DNA of 6,442 nt from Candidatus Heimdallarchaeota archaeon (GTDB lineage: Archaea > Asgardarchaeota > Heimdallarchaeia > Heimdallarchaeales > Heimdallarchaeaceae). The stretch's first letter is position 1; each line of letters starts with the position of its first letter. This document shows, in pieces, positions 6,286 through 6,442 of this stretch. The notes beneath the pieces were generated by a model. The model did no database searches and had not been told where the DNA came from. It saw only the letters and a list, made by a program, of their open reading frames with translations. The DNA is taken from contig DAOVER010000096.1 in assembly GCA_030668875.1 (NCBI GenBank), positions 1 to 6,442 of the forward strand, written 5' to 3'. A program made the translations under genes and the position numbers.

Positions 6286-6312
6286 AAAAGAAAAAAAGGA
6301 AAAAAAGAAGAA
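6286..6312 (-). terminator. Oligo-T terminator of the incoming minus-strand gene
   Basis: Minus strand TTCTTCTTTTTTTCCTTTTTTTCTTTT starts 6 nt after the TAA at 6321-6319. Confidence 0.6.
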
Positions 6313-6318
6313 TTGGGG

Positions 6319-6442
6319 TTAAAAGAAAGTAGGTTCGCCTTCGAAAAATCTTTTGGGTAGTTCAATCTTTGCTTCTTCTTCAGGAGAGAGCAACGCTGTT
6401 CTGGAATGGGGTTTATTAGGGACTTCAATCATTGTATTTTGA
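6319..6442 (-). CDS. C-terminal 40 aa of an unidentified protein entering from the right edge
   Basis: Open frame QNTMIEVPNKPHSRTALLSPEEEAKIELPKRFFEGEPTFF-stop (6441-6319), followed directly by an oligo-T tract. Not in the ORF track; family not recognised. Confidence 0.6.
   Translation of the reverse strand, partial: QNTMIEVPNKPHSRTALLSPEEEAKIELPKRFFEGEPTFF

Overview
AT-rich window that looks archaeal: TrmB regulator, TATA/BRE-like boxes about 22-27 nt before start codons, GGTGA/GGAG ribosome-binding sites and oligo-T terminators. An Asgard-like origin is plausible but is inference only. Most genes are on the minus strand. Reading right to left: the 3' end of an unidentified CDS (6319->6442, -); a convergent multi-TM membrane protein (5795-6241, +); an ABC-2 exporter ATPase + permease + TrmB-family regulator operon (5638-2893, -); and a ThDP-dependent enzyme with IolD-like rather than acetolactate-synthase motifs (2718-886). 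That enzyme is coupled to a small C-terminally anchored protein (874-434), followed by a GPH/MFS sugar-transporter gene that breaks off after about 62 codons (369-184). The break is best explained by an inserted element missed by the ORF track: about 95 bp after the break an ORF starts at 89 (-) reading MAKVLRAERIEVEYHPALSRICHQAKNLY, which resembles the N-terminus of TnpB (IS200/IS605/IS607 RNA-guided nuclease) and runs off the left edge. The divergent intergenic region 5639-5794 carries a dense cluster of TACT/AGTA palindromes resembling known TrmB operators.
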